From a virus (lineage: Duplodnaviria > Caudoviricetes), in the IMG/VR virus record IMGVR_UViG_3300009095_000015, positions 1 through 64,000 of that record: a stretch of 64,000 bases of DNA; one strand, written 5' to 3'. The notes beneath the pieces were generated by a model. That model saw only the letters and a list, made by a program, of their open reading frames with translations, did not search any database and was not told the DNA's origin. Both the position numbers and the translations under genes were made by a program. This document shows, piece by piece, positions 1-9,469 of the stretch; within the stretch, counting starts at the first letter, position 1, and every line of letters begins with the position of its first letter.

Positions 1-291
1 CTTATCGCGAACCACCTTAACGATGGTTTCGGTTTTGCGGCCAATCTTCAGATCGAAACCGCGAACTTCGGTAGCCTTCAGTTCCGGCTTTTCGTCGGCT
101 GCGGTTTCTTGTTCGAAGCCTTCAGCGGAAACAGCCTTGCCACTGAGCACGCCTTTCATTTCGGCCAGCGCCTTCTTTTCAGGGGCGTTGCCGTTGCTGC
201 CGAACAGCTCAGCCACCTTAATGACTTTATCAGCGGCGGCGATCAGGGTAGCTGCGGTTTCCTTGGAAATGGTGATGGTGATGCTGGTCAT
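1..291 (-). CDS. Hypothetical protein, 3' end runs off the window (MTSITITISKETAATL...)
   Basis: Read manually: ATG at 291 with AAGGA RBS, frame open to position 1, sigma70-like promoter upstream; not in the ORF track because it is truncated. Confidence 0.75.
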   Translation of the reverse strand, partial: MTSITITISKETAATLIAAADKVIKVAELFGSNGNAPEKKALAEMKGVLSGKAVSAEGFEQETAADEKPELKATEVRGFDLKIGRKTETIVKVVRDK

Positions 292-356
292 GTTGAAACT
301 TCCTTTATAGTGTGAGCGGGTTAGTTCGAGGCGCGTTGTTGCCGTCGATGGGTGCC

Positions 357-385
357 ATTATGGGCATGCCTAGAACCCAAGTCAA
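357..385 (-). promoter_or_regulatory. Host sigma70-type (early) promoter
   Basis: TTGACT-N17-CATAAT on the minus strand, intergenic, ~65 nt upstream of the ATG at 291. Confidence 0.75.
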
Positions 386-593
386 CACCCCAAAGCAAAA
401 AAGTTTCGAAGCCGGGCCTTCCTTATAGGCAAAGGCTAAGCCAAGCGGAAAGCCTTACAGATCAAGCACTTAGGGCACAGGAAAGCGGCCCAGCGGCGAG
501 GCTTCTATAGGTGCGGGGCAAAAGAAAGTTGCAGGCAGGAACCAAAGTTTAGGCCGACAGATCGTGGCAAACGCCTACATGACAGGCACGCGC

Positions 594-627
594 AAAAAAA
601 AAGGCCGCAACCAAAAAGGAAGCGGCC
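594..627 (-). terminator. Rho-independent terminator after dUTPase
   Basis: GGCCGC/GCGGCC stem followed by a long T run on the minus strand. Confidence 0.8.
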
Positions 628-634
628 ACGTGCG

Positions 635-1534
635 TTACAGGAACGGTTTCAGGAATGCAAGGTCGGGATGCTTGGGTTCCTTCCAAGCGATTGCGTCACT
701 GTAAGCGGTTTCGAGAATGCCGTTAATGCTTTCGCGAGTCAGATTGGATTCGTCGCTGAGCTTCTTGATTGCCGCTTGCAGAATTTCGTTGTCTTCGCGC
801 CCAAACCAAATTTTCAGGTAAGGATCGTCCCCGTTTGCAGAAACGTGATCAACGAAAGCTACGTGATCGCGAACAACACCGTATTTCTTCGCACCGTGAT
901 CGTTGCGGAATTTGTTCAAAACCGCTTTGCCAATGTAGGCATTGAAGAAATGATCGAAGTCTGCACGCTGCAAGCTTGCGAAGTATGCACGGAAAACCCA
1001 GCGCCACGCGAGCTTCAACGTAGCATTGTAAGGCGTGTCGAGGCGCTGGTTATATTCCAGTTTCAGGCTTTCGTAGAGAATGCGCTTCACGTAGCTAATG
1101 CAGTGAGTTTTGTCCGTTTCGGCGTACGATTCATGCAGGACATAAGAGTTATCGAGGGCTTCCATCAGAAGAGGCAAAACGTCAGCACCGGCGATGCGAT
1201 TACGCAGAATCGTAATGCCCAGCAGAAAATGCGCAATATCGATGATTTCCATCTGGAATTGCTTGTGGTCAGGCTCGGCGCCATTGTTCCACCACTTGTA
1301 TTTCAAGTGGTCGATTGCCTCACCGCACTCGACGGCAATAGCAGCAACCAAATCGAAACAGCCGGGGTTCTCGAAGGTGGCTTCACTCCAAGCGTCACCC
1401 ATAGCCGCGTTCAAACCGTCTTGAATTTCAAGCATAGTTTGAAATTTGGCATCAACACCACTCGTAAGGACAACAGTGCGCGGCGCATGACCTTGAAGAG
1501 CGCTAGGGGTCGGATGGGCGTTGGTTTCGTTCAT
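635..1534 (-). CDS. Dimeric all-alpha dUTPase (dUTPase_2-like)
   Basis: Motifs AVECGEAIDH-KYKWW, MEIIDIAHF, YIGKAVLNKFRNDHG typical of dimeric dUTPases. Confidence 0.75.
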   Translation of the reverse strand: MNETNAHPTPSALQGHAPRTVVLTSGVDAKFQTMLEIQDGLNAAMGDAWSEATFENPGCFDLVAAIAVECGEAIDHLKYKWWNNGAEPDHKQFQMEIIDIAHFLLGITILRNRIAGADVLPLLMEALDNSYVLHESYAETDKTHCISYVKRILYESLKLEYNQRLDTPYNATLKLAWRWVFRAYFASLQRADFDHFFNAYIGKAVLNKFRNDHGAKKYGVVRDHVAFVDHVSANGDDPYLKIWFGREDNEILQAAIKKLSDESNLTRESINGILETAYSDAIAWKEPKHPDLAFLKPFL

Positions 1535-1549
1535 TTTTTGTTTCCTCGT

Positions 1550-1927
1550 TTATGTGAATTCAATTGTCAGGCCGTACTTACGGTAAAGCGAAAGCGCCAC
1601 GTTGTTTTTGGCAACTACACAGACTTCCGTTGGCTTTACGTGATCGACAAGCAGGCTGCCAACCTTTTTACCTCGGAAATCAGGATGGACGTGGATTAAA
1701 TCTAGTATCACGCTGTCATACACTCGGTGGACGATACAGTACCCGACAAGCTTAATTCCAAAGAAAGCACCTACGGCTCGGCTATTTTCAAAATCAGGTG
1801 CAGTAAGCAGAAAGTGAGCACTGGTACTCGCATCGTCAGGTGACAAATAATACTCGTCAGTGTGTCCATTCAAAGCTATGCAATAGTTCCGTATGTCGTC
1901 CGTGTTGATTTCATGGCAGCTGTACAT
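1550..1927 (-). CDS. GNAT acetyltransferase
   Basis: Acetyl-CoA motif VHPDFRGKKVG and N..A..LYRKYG. Confidence 0.8.
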   Translation of the reverse strand: MYSCHEINTDDIRNYCIALNGHTDEYYLSPDDASTSAHFLLTAPDFENSRAVGAFFGIKLVGYCIVHRVYDSVILDLIHVHPDFRGKKVGSLLVDHVKPTEVCVVAKNNVALSLYRKYGLTIEFT

Positions 1928-1968
1928 ATAGTTACTCCGCTGTATATGCTATATGTTTACAGTAAATG

Positions 1969-2004
1969 AAAAGCCCCGTAAGCACAGTGCCTACAGGGCT
2001 TTTT
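1969..2004 (-). terminator. Rho-independent terminator (T runs on both sides)
   Basis: AAAAGCCC(T)GTA...TACGGGGCTTTT hairpin right after the stop at 2007. Confidence 0.7.
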
Positions 2005-2006
2005 CG

Positions 2007-2708
2007 TTACAGTACAGCGAAGAAATTTGGTTCGTGCATATCCGCTACCTTGCGCATAGAAACGAAGTCAACCGTCTCATAAAGCTCGCTACCGGAAACA
2101 ACGTACTGTCCGTACACGGTTAGGATGGGTTCATCTGTAACGACAAAATCCCAACCACCTGCCGTTTCACGAACTACAGCGTAACCGTCATTCACACGCA
2201 GACTTAGCACAGCTCCGTTGTGGGAGGCCGCGCTAACAAATTCTGCATCTTCGCCTTCGAGTTCCGCAAATACCGTTTCAGTGTCGTCAGAACCTTCTAC
2301 GTAAATAAGCAGATCGTCGCGTTTAGTGAAGTAATCGCCCCCGCTACCACGCACCAATTCAACAGCATCAGCCGCTTCGACACGAATGTTACTCGGCTCC
2401 AGCGTAACGACCGTGGTTTCCGTAAGGAAGCGTACACCTTCGGCCGCAACGAACGGTTGCATGGAAGTGAATACAGGTTCCATTTCGCCTGCATTGCCAA
2501 GTCTATAGATTTTTGTTGTGTCCGCCGCGTAGAAAGAATCGAGAGCGAATGTCACAAATTTCAGGTCTTGCAAAACCGGGAAAGTACGCCAGACAATTTT
2601 GTCTTCGGAGTAGGAAACCTTACCTTGCGAAACAGCTACGTACGTTTCGTTGCCGTAAGCCACCGCATTTACCGGATCGGTTACGCGGATAAATCTGCCG
2701 GATTCCAT
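2007..2708 (-). CDS. Hypothetical protein, possibly beta-propeller-like/virion-associated
   Basis: 233 aa ORF, beta-rich, N-terminal 'VAYGNETYVAV...S.D...W' repeat-like pattern. Confidence 0.5.
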   Translation of the reverse strand: MESGRFIRVTDPVNAVAYGNETYVAVSQGKVSYSEDKIVWRTFPVLQDLKFVTFALDSFYAADTTKIYRLGNAGEMEPVFTSMQPFVAAEGVRFLTETTVVTLEPSNIRVEAADAVELVRGSGGDYFTKRDDLLIYVEGSDDTETVFAELEGEDAEFVSAASHNGAVLSLRVNDGYAVVRETAGGWDFVVTDEPILTVYGQYVVSGSELYETVDFVSMRKVADMHEPNFFAVL

Positions 2709-2770
2709 TACGTATAGACCGGCGTTATCGCCAACTGTACTGTATAGCGGACCTACAGTTACAGCTGGCG

Positions 2771-3658
2771 TTAGGGCTTTTTTACAACATTCACACGGGC
2801 TTCGATTTGAACAGGTGCGTTGTCGCCGAAACGCGGCACGGCGCGCAGCACTACCGCGAACAAACCGATTGGGCTACCGGCAGTATTAAGCTCGGTGTCG
2901 GCCACGTAAGTGCGAATGTCAAAACTGTTGGCAGGAATTACAGACTGCACAATAACCTTATCTTCGTCGGCGCTACTGAAAACGTCGCCGAAAACGGTCT
3001 TCGCTACCAAACCCCATACGAAGCCCTTCTGCTTAGAATATCGCAGATTCCACGAGACAATATTCTCGTCGTCTTCGTCTTTCAAGTCAAGGTAAATATC
3101 GTAAAGATCAGTAGGTTTGACGCCATTCCTGTTCGCAGCTACAGATGTTGCGATGTTCCAAGTCTCAATATTGGTAATACTCGCCGTGAAGAGACCGCCA
3201 ACATTCAAATTTTTGGTGGATTCACCGGCAAACACGGCAAGCCCAAGCTGAAGAATTGCGCTGGTGCCTGTGACGTAGCCTGTGCTAGGAGTAACGCCAT
3301 CCAAAAGTTTCGAATTTACACTTGGAACGGCCGCCGAGTTCGAAAGAGACAACGCAGGGTAAATCAAGTCTACAGCGTACGGCGGCAGTTCAGGCTGTTG
3401 TGAGAACAGCACCCCGCCCATGTAAAAGGATAGGAAATTTCCATCGCTATCCGTGACGATCTTGTCCATGATCATGGTTTGCGAATCGCCGTAATACTTG
3501 GAAACCGTATCACGGAACGCACCGCTTTCTTTGATTTCCTTCATTTCGGCGCTAGTCAAATAGACACGCGCAATACCTTCAGGATTTCCAGCAGCCTGTG
3601 CGATTGCATCCGTAACCAGCTTTAGTGCACCGCCATGTTCAATTACACTCATTTGCAT
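2771..3658 (-). CDS. Hypothetical protein, possibly structural
   Basis: 295 aa ORF with GGAGA RBS; GGTAATTT motif upstream. Confidence 0.6.
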   Translation of the reverse strand: MQMSVIEHGGALKLVTDAIAQAAGNPEGIARVYLTSAEMKEIKESGAFRDTVSKYYGDSQTMIMDKIVTDSDGNFLSFYMGGVLFSQQPELPPYAVDLIYPALSLSNSAAVPSVNSKLLDGVTPSTGYVTGTSAILQLGLAVFAGESTKNLNVGGLFTASITNIETWNIATSVAANRNGVKPTDLYDIYLDLKDEDDENIVSWNLRYSKQKGFVWGLVAKTVFGDVFSSADEDKVIVQSVIPANSFDIRTYVADTELNTAGSPIGLFAVVLRAVPRFGDNAPVQIEARVNVVKKP

Positions 3659-3695
3659 TCTCCAATCAAGTCGGCGAGATTATACTAGCCTTAAT

Positions 3696-3706
3696 TAGAA
3701 ATTACC
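3696..3706 (-). promoter_or_regulatory. Candidate late-promoter motif GGTAATTTCTA
   Basis: Copy of the recurrent intergenic motif; overlaps the TAA stop of the upstream gene. Confidence 0.35.
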
Positions 3707-3917
3707 GACTATTTCCGAATTTTGCTGCTAGCACAAGTTCCATCAATTCTTTTTCCGTGGCACGTTCAGCCCTATGAACGGGGTGCGGATCGTCGGGAAA
3801 ATGCTCTTTAGCGTAACTGCGAAGCACCTTGCCTTTAATGACACCTACGCGGCGCCATTCCTGAATCTCAATACAACGTTGCATTAGATTATCAGGTACT
3901 TCGATTTCGATCTTCAT
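3702..3917 (-). CDS. Hypothetical protein
   Basis: 71 aa ORF packed head-to-tail with its neighbours. Confidence 0.6.
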   Translation of the reverse strand: MKIEIEVPDNLMQRCIEIQEWRRVGVIKGKVLRSYAKEHFPDDPHPVHRAERATEKELMELVLAAKFGNSR

Positions 3918-4264
3918 GAGGAAGTCCCTTGTGTCGGTATAGGACGATTATCCCAGTCGTAGTAGATTTTAGTCATGAGTGCGTCCATGGTGACTGTTAT
4001 CGCCGGCAGCCTTCCTCCCTTAATCGCCACGTACAAAGCTACACTCAAAGCAGCAGCTTGGCCGTCAGACAACTCTCTAACATAACCAACCACAGCAGCA
4101 GCGGTTTGCTCAAATTCTTCAGCTGTAATAACGCCGCTATGGAACATACTATCAAGGGCGATGCACATGAAGCTTTGTGGCGTTAATGGTTGGTCTGGTT
4201 TGGACGGTCTGTAGTAGTGGCCGCCGCCGACCGCCAATTTCAGAATTTCACTAGGGTTACGCAT
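3914..4264 (-). CDS. Hypothetical protein
   Basis: Start moved to ATG 4264 (MRNPSE), which has an AGGAG RBS. Confidence 0.6.
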   Translation of the reverse strand: MRNPSEILKLAVGGGHYYRPSKPDQPLTPQSFMCIALDSMFHSGVITAEEFEQTAAAVVGYVRELSDGQAAALSVALYVAIKGGRLPAITVTMDALMTKIYYDWDNRPIPTQGTSS

Positions 4265-4817
4265 GCCTACTCCTTTTAAATGTAGCGTGGCGCAGCGCCG
4301 CAAGGAAACCGAATTCTTGCATTACGCTATAAAATGACTGACTGCGCCGACCAAAAATCCAACGAGCGCGGCCCAAGCTAACCAATCCAAAATCACCGTT
4401 ATTCTCCAAGGACACGTTGAGATAACGTGGGTCTTTAAGAACCTGACTGTGAAGATGCCCGTGGATATTGCGCAAACCTCGCAAAGAATCAGGATGTACA
4501 GGGGCATGCGAAAGCCAGAATTCTTTATACCGCAAGAGACCGTGAAACTTTATGCCGGGAATTTTTGTAATGTCAGTTCGCTCGGTGCAGTGGTTGCCGA
4601 GAATGACGTGCTTGTTGCCCGGCCACGAAGCGAATTCTTTCCACCCTTCTTCATCGAATGCAACGTCGCCCAATACGTATACCGTGTCGCGCGGTTTTAC
4701 GGTTTCAAACCACTTCTTTTTGACGTGTGCGTCGTGCGCTTCCGCAGATTCGAAAGGTCTGTATCTGTGAATGTTGCGATGACGAAGATGCAGGTCAGCA
4801 CAGAGGTAAACTGCCAT
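4257..4817 (-). CDS. Calcineurin-like metallophosphoesterase
   Basis: Motifs DLH-H, GDV, GNH, SHAP, HGHLH; start at ATG 4817 with AAGGAG RBS. Confidence 0.85.
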   Translation of the reverse strand: MAVYLCADLHLRHRNIHRYRPFESAEAHDAHVKKKWFETVKPRDTVYVLGDVAFDEEGWKEFASWPGNKHVILGNHCTERTDITKIPGIKFHGLLRYKEFWLSHAPVHPDSLRGLRNIHGHLHSQVLKDPRYLNVSLENNGDFGLVSLGRARWIFGRRSQSFYSVMQEFGFLAALRHATFKRSRHA

Positions 4818-4864
4818 AACAAAAACTCCTTTAATGCCATCCATGGCGTGCGGTACTAAACGTT

Positions 4865-5365
4865 TTAGACGGTCGTGTCTTCTGGCGACTCATCGATGAA
4901 GCTTACGCGCCAAGCAAAAATCCAATAGAGCCTGTAATGAGGACACTCCACAACGAACGCACCTTGACCGCCTTCGTAGAATTCACGCGAAGGGCGGGCG
5001 TAGTAAGTCGTGTCTTTATGGAAGTCCCCGTCTTCATCCATCCAATTTATTTCGATAATTGGGCGTTTGCGGTTTTCGCCGATGTACTCGAAATTGACCG
5101 TGACACCATCCACGCGTTTAGTTTGTCGATATGTCCCGCAGACTTCGAACGTCTCGCCCGCGTCAGAAAGCAAACGGTAGCGCCCAACAGCGGGGTCGTC
5201 AGAGACTTTGTAGTCTACCCGCGCCCCGCCTCCGTCGCGCCCTACACACCCCATCGGGCCGCAAGGGCCGGGCTGCCCACGGAGAACGTATTTTCTAAAG
5301 AGAAGCAGAGAAAGCAAGAAAACAAACGCACTCAAAATAGGCGGCACTAGCATGACCCATTCCAT
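4865..5365 (-). CDS. Membrane-anchored protein with short collagen-like G-X-Y run
   Basis: N-terminal hydrophobic helix then GQP-GPC-GPM-GCV-GRD-G; GAGG RBS before ATG 5365. Confidence 0.55.
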   Translation of the reverse strand: MEWVMLVPPILSAFVFLLSLLLFRKYVLRGQPGPCGPMGCVGRDGGGARVDYKVSDDPAVGRYRLLSDAGETFEVCGTYRQTKRVDGVTVNFEYIGENRKRPIIEINWMDEDGDFHKDTTYYARPSREFYEGGQGAFVVECPHYRLYWIFAWRVSFIDESPEDTTV

Positions 5366-5372
5366 ACAAACC

Positions 5373-5939
5373 TCAGCGGAGTTGGATTGCAGAATCTTTG
5401 CCTGTGCGGAATTTCTCACCAACGTCGTCAGTCACGATGATTTTGTAATCCGCCAGATTGATTTTCGGGAAGCCGGCGATACTGAGCCACATGCCGGACC
5501 AGAAATAACCAAGTTGCGCTTCATAGGCTTTGACAGAATCGATTACGAGCGTCTGACTCATTTTAAATTCGTCACGGCCCGCTTCAATAACCTGCTGCAC
5601 CTGCCGGTAAAGCAGCGGGTCCAGCTGAATGTTGTTTTCACTGATTGCTTGGAACACAGCAGCGCTGCCGTTTTCACCGTAGCGGCCCCGGAAAGTCTCA
5701 CGGACAATGCTGGAAACATCGTCACGCATCATGGCCGGAACTTGCGCGGTTTCGACAACCTTAGTTGAATACGAATTCAGTACAACCTGACTGTTTTCGT
5801 AAACAGACTTGATGTTGGTTTCGTAGGAAACACCAAGGTTGTTGTAGCGAACGTAGGTCAAACCGAGAACAGCTGCTATGCTGAAAGCCAGCCCGAAGAT
5901 TGCGCCAAGAACAAGCAGCAGCAGTGTGGAAGTTTTCAT
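5373..5939 (-). CDS. LemA-like membrane-anchored helical protein
   Basis: N-terminal TM segment followed by a helical domain resembling phage LemA-like proteins (recognised by eye). Confidence 0.55.
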   Translation of the reverse strand: MKTSTLLLLVLGAIFGLAFSIAAVLGLTYVRYNNLGVSYETNIKSVYENSQVVLNSYSTKVVETAQVPAMMRDDVSSIVRETFRGRYGENGSAAVFQAISENNIQLDPLLYRQVQQVIEAGRDEFKMSQTLVIDSVKAYEAQLGYFWSGMWLSIAGFPKINLADYKIIVTDDVGEKFRTGKDSAIQLR

Positions 5940-5940
5940 T

Positions 5941-6996
5941 TCAGTATCCTCTTCTGTAGGTTATAAATACCCAAGCCACGGGCCACGTTAGACCGACCAC
6001 GAATAGAAGGACAAGAGCCCACCAAGGAAGATCGGCGTCCTCTCGCAAATATTCGAATTCCGCAATCGGCCTGTGCACGTAGTGTTTGCGTACGTTATCT
6101 GCTATTAAGGCGGCCATCTTTTCGGACTCTATTATACCTAGATCAAGTATAGAGTCCCGGATTGCCACGTTTACAAGGGGGTCTTGCGACCATGAGTAAA
6201 CGTGTACGTGGTTTACAGTTCCGTCGTGCTGTGCGTTTACCGCGACAGTAACGTCATTTATTTTGCCTCCCAGCATAGCTCGCTGTATGCGATGGGCTAC
6301 GGAAGAATCGCCACCGTAGAATACGACCACTATGTTTACGCGTTTTGTCGGACCTAACGCGGCGTTGTATTTATTCAAAGCTTCGTTGAGGGCGGGTTCA
6401 GGGTTATAGTTGCCCGAATACTTCACAACACGGTTTACCCTGTAGTAGTCAAAAACTTCAGGGTAGTCAAATTCTGTATCGGCCTTTTTACCGAACAGTG
6501 TAGTCGAAGATGCTTTACTGAAGTTGTAGTAAAGCTCTTCCGCTGTAAAAGGTTCCCCGATCTGCACTCGCGACCATCGCAACGGTTCGGTTTTCCCCTG
6601 TCGGTCGACGCGTTCTATCCTTGTAGAACCAACTTCGGATTCAACAACCCAATCGAAATCGTACGGGTGGTCATAGAACGTTGTGCACGTCTGGTTATTG
6701 CCGGAACCTGAGCAGACTTGGTAGGAATGTTCGCACGAAACCTTTTCTCGATATTTAGCAGTGACGGTTCCGTTTAGCAGTTGCGTGTCGAGTCCACCGC
6801 TACCGCCGGCCAAAATAACCGCCACAATAAGTAATACCTGAATTGCAGCACCGACGGCCCACACGCGCACTCGTTGAGGGGCATATAGACACGCACACAG
6901 TTTGAAGAAAACCGCAGTGTAGAACAGCAGCGAAAAAATCAAAGCCGCAACCACAGCAAACCAGAACGTTGCTAGGATTTCGAGTAAAGCTTCCAT
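5941..6996 (-). CDS. Multi-pass membrane protein with large extracytoplasmic domain
   Basis: Two N-terminal and one C-terminal hydrophobic helices, Cys pair CSCEH..C..C; GAGG RBS before ATG 6996. Confidence 0.65.
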   Translation of the reverse strand: MEALLEILATFWFAVVAALIFSLLFYTAVFFKLCACLYAPQRVRVWAVGAAIQVLLIVAVILAGGSGGLDTQLLNGTVTAKYREKVSCEHSYQVCSGSGNNQTCTTFYDHPYDFDWVVESEVGSTRIERVDRQGKTEPLRWSRVQIGEPFTAEELYYNFSKASSTTLFGKKADTEFDYPEVFDYYRVNRVVKYSGNYNPEPALNEALNKYNAALGPTKRVNIVVVFYGGDSSVAHRIQRAMLGGKINDVTVAVNAQHDGTVNHVHVYSWSQDPLVNVAIRDSILDLGIIESEKMAALIADNVRKHYVHRPIAEFEYLREDADLPWWALVLLFVVGLTWPVAWVFITYRRGY

Positions 6997-7107
6997 ATAA
7001 ACCTCACACAAAAGCCATGCCGACAAGCTTGGCTATTTCGGCGCGCACTTCTCCTCTAGCCTTCTCTTCAAGATTGGCATAGTTGAGACGTACGGCCTCT
7101 GCTGTTT

Positions 7108-7194
7108 CTAGAAAGGGCGCCACAGCGTCGCAGGCTGCATGTTATTTCCCATACGATTGCGCATCCGCGCGTACGTGAAGGCAAACGGTAGCAT
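7108..7194 (-). CDS. Short ORF (28 aa), possibly extended by a -1 frameshift to 7004
   Basis: Strong AAGGAGG RBS before ATG 7194; ends C_CCT_TTC_TAG, and the -1 frame stays open 35 more codons. Confidence 0.3.
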   Translation of the reverse strand: MLPFAFTYARMRNRMGNNMQPATLWRPF

Positions 7195-7209
7195 TTTCGT
7201 AACCCTCCT

Positions 7210-7662
7210 TTACGAGCTGAGTGTGTGCAGAAGCCCTGCTGCTTTTAGACGGCGAATCTCGCTTTTGGATTTGCCGTAGCGTTCAGCCAATTCAGCCACC
7301 GTACCTTCAGGTGCAGGTTTGTTTAGGTTGAGAAACTGTACGTGGGTTTTACACCTCTGTTCTTCAGCTTCACGTGCAAGCATAGAGGCTGCGTCACTGG
7401 CGGCGTTTTGCAAAGCCGTTCGGAAGAAATTGCGAGTATTTTCGAGGAACTTGTTACTCTTTTCGCAAGCCTGTAACTCTTCCAGATTTTCCGGGAGGCG
7501 CCCATGTGTGCGGTAGAATCCGATAAGGCGCATGTAATCAGGCATGTCACCAAAACCAACCAAAAGGTCAGCAATAAAAACAGCGCCATCTGAGCTAAAA
7601 CGCGACATACTACCGAGAATGGATAGCGCGGTAAGCAGAGAGGCATGTGATTTAATGTCCAT
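7210..7662 (-). CDS. Hypothetical protein with C-terminal HTH-like motif
   Basis: C-terminal TVAELAERYGKSKSEIRRL resembles a helix-turn-helix. Confidence 0.55.
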   Translation of the reverse strand: MDIKSHASLLTALSILGSMSRFSSDGAVFIADLLVGFGDMPDYMRLIGFYRTHGRLPENLEELQACEKSNKFLENTRNFFRTALQNAASDAASMLAREAEEQRCKTHVQFLNLNKPAPEGTVAELAERYGKSKSEIRRLKAAGLLHTLSS

Positions 7663-7669
7663 AAGTCAC

Positions 7670-8044
7670 CTACAGGATTTCAAGATGTTCGTGAACCTCG
7701 ACCAGTGTGTCAAAGCTCGTGAGGACGTAACCGTATTGCGCCTTAATCCAAAAGGCCATAGCACGCGACCGGGAAATTCCCATTTCACAGTGCACGACAA
7801 TATTGCCGCCGTTACATTTCTTAATCCAGTCGTCCAGCCCCTGAATGAGTGCAGGCGAAACACGGAATAACTGAGATTCCAGCCCAGTCACAGGGAAGAC
7901 GTTTACGCCTTCGGCAAATACGGGCCGCTCGTCTGCGTCATACTCAATGCTGATTATGTTCTGTCCGGGAACTGCGGTTGCCGCCACGTGACGCGGCACG
8001 TGACAAACACCTAGCTTTCGACGAATTACTTTTACACTCTTCAT
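7670..8044 (-). CDS. Protein-tyrosine/dual-specificity phosphatase-like protein
   Basis: Canonical HCxxGxSRS (CX5R) loop: VVHCEMGISRSRA. Confidence 0.8.
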   Translation of the reverse strand: MKSVKVIRRKLGVCHVPRHVAATAVPGQNIISIEYDADERPVFAEGVNVFPVTGLESQLFRVSPALIQGLDDWIKKCNGGNIVVHCEMGISRSRAMAFWIKAQYGYVLTSFDTLVEVHEHLEIL

Positions 8045-8048
8045 AGCA

Positions 8049-8564
8049 TCACCTTTCTACGGCCAGCGGAACCATACTGCTGAGGAAGTTGTCGATTGGT
8101 TTTGCCCACAGGTTGCCGTTAGCTCCGGCATAAAATACCGTGACTGGATATTCGAGGGCTCGTTCTTTGTCTGCTTTCTCGTTTGCGATCCCTTGAATAA
8201 GATACGCAAGGCCGTTGCGATGCTTCCACGGAGAACCGACAGTAACGTGGTCAGGGAAAGGAATCCGAATGTCATCAAGGCTGACAATTTCAGACGGCTT
8301 GCTTACACGGAATATACGTCCCTCTAGATCGGTAGCAAACTCCCCGAAAGGGAGAATTACTTTCGCAGCACCCCGCCATTTTCCGAAAGACGTTTTATTA
8401 CCGTCGACTCTACTGTGAGGGGCACACCCGTGACAAAGAAGCTTACCTTTTCGCCAAGGTGCGTATCTCCAGTCGAAATTGTGCGCAAAAAGTGCAAAGT
8501 CATGCGTGTTAGTGGTTAGGTCTAAGCAGCCGCACGCGGAGCATTGGAATAAGGCCATTTTCAA
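8049..8564 (-). CDS. Zn-finger plus DUF1653-like (SH3-fold) protein
   Basis: N-terminal CxxC...CxxC; C-terminal WKHRNG..Y...V.Y....LW.KP..F pattern. Confidence 0.6.
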   Translation of the reverse strand: MKMALFQCSACGCLDLTTNTHDFALFAHNFDWRYAPWRKGKLLCHGCAPHSRVDGNKTSFGKWRGAAKVILPFGEFATDLEGRIFRVSKPSEIVSLDDIRIPFPDHVTVGSPWKHRNGLAYLIQGIANEKADKERALEYPVTVFYAGANGNLWAKPIDNFLSSMVPLAVER

Positions 8565-8893
8565 ACCTCTTTGCCGTGAGGGTCTTCAAACGTCATACGT
8601 AAAGCACTGTGTTCGGAGTTCCGTTCACGGAGGACAGACACCCTAACACTGTCGCGGCTCTGCATAGTTTTACGCTCCCAAAACAGACAGTCTTCATCGG
8701 GAAGTTTTACGTAAGCTTCGCCTTGGCTGCTAAGCTGATTTAGGCTGTCGATGATACTGTTGACAAATTCGGCGAGTGCTTTCTTGTAGACAGTCTCGCG
8801 GACAAAACGCGGAACAATCCACTTACCGCCCACCTTGCCAAATCGACCGCGCAGCTTGTTCTTACCAAAATAATGCTTTTTCTTCCTAGGCAT
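8561..8893 (-). CDS. Hypothetical protein
   Basis: 110 aa ORF overlapping its neighbour by 4 nt. Confidence 0.55.
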   Translation of the reverse strand: MPRKKKHYFGKNKLRGRFGKVGGKWIVPRFVRETVYKKALAEFVNSIIDSLNQLSSQGEAYVKLPDEDCLFWERKTMQSRDSVRVSVLRERNSEHSALRMTFEDPHGKEV

Positions 8894-8937
8894 ATTAAAA
8901 GCTCCTTACCCGTACACCTGCCACGACAACGATAACG

Positions 8938-9414
8938 TCACGCATGTACGCGCATCCGAGTAGTTACAAGCACAGGCTCGCGATCTTCCAGAGTTGCGAT
9001 GTATACGTTCTTAGATTCGCGATCCAGTTGCGGATCGTAGTTGAAAAAGTTCACGGTATCCCCATTACGCTCAAGCGTGTACTGTTCGCCGACGTAAAAC
9101 CAATCGTCAGGGGAGACGTAAATTTCATCGTCGAACTTCACGTCTTCAGCTTCTACGTTCAGCCGAAAACGTTGGCCTGTTTTCGTGTTCACCATGTACG
9201 CCAAACGTAGCTGTCCGTCCGCGCCGCATTGCATCATGAATGTCCAAGCCCTGCTGATATCGGTTCCCATGCTGATAGGATCGAAAAGAAAAGGATTGGC
9301 GTTCGCCGGAATATCATCCATAGGAGAAACGCTAAGGCTGATACGCTCATCCGCACGCAGGCGCTTCGCGACACTACGGTAAGGGCGTGTAAAAACAGGC
9401 TTTCGGACATTCAT
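8938..9414 (-). CDS. Hypothetical protein
   Basis: Likely start ATG 9414 (MNVRKP) with GAGGA RBS. Confidence 0.55.
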   Translation of the reverse strand: MNVRKPVFTRPYRSVAKRLRADERISLSVSPMDDIPANANPFLFDPISMGTDISRAWTFMMQCGADGQLRLAYMVNTKTGQRFRLNVEAEDVKFDDEIYVSPDDWFYVGEQYTLERNGDTVNFFNYDPQLDRESKNVYIATLEDREPVLVTTRMRVHA

Positions 9415-9469
9415 GTTATTTTCCTCAATATGAAAAGAAAAGTGGCCGCAAAGGCGACCACTTTCAACA

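Noticed and set aside
3679-3684. Perfect TATAAT upstream of 3658 as a sigma70 promoter
   Set aside because: No -35 hexamer at 17 bp spacing (CGGTAA) and no extended TG; not called
7146-7152. Slippery heptamer G_GGA_AAT in the small ORF
   Set aside because: A -1 shift here meets TAA immediately, so it gives no extended product
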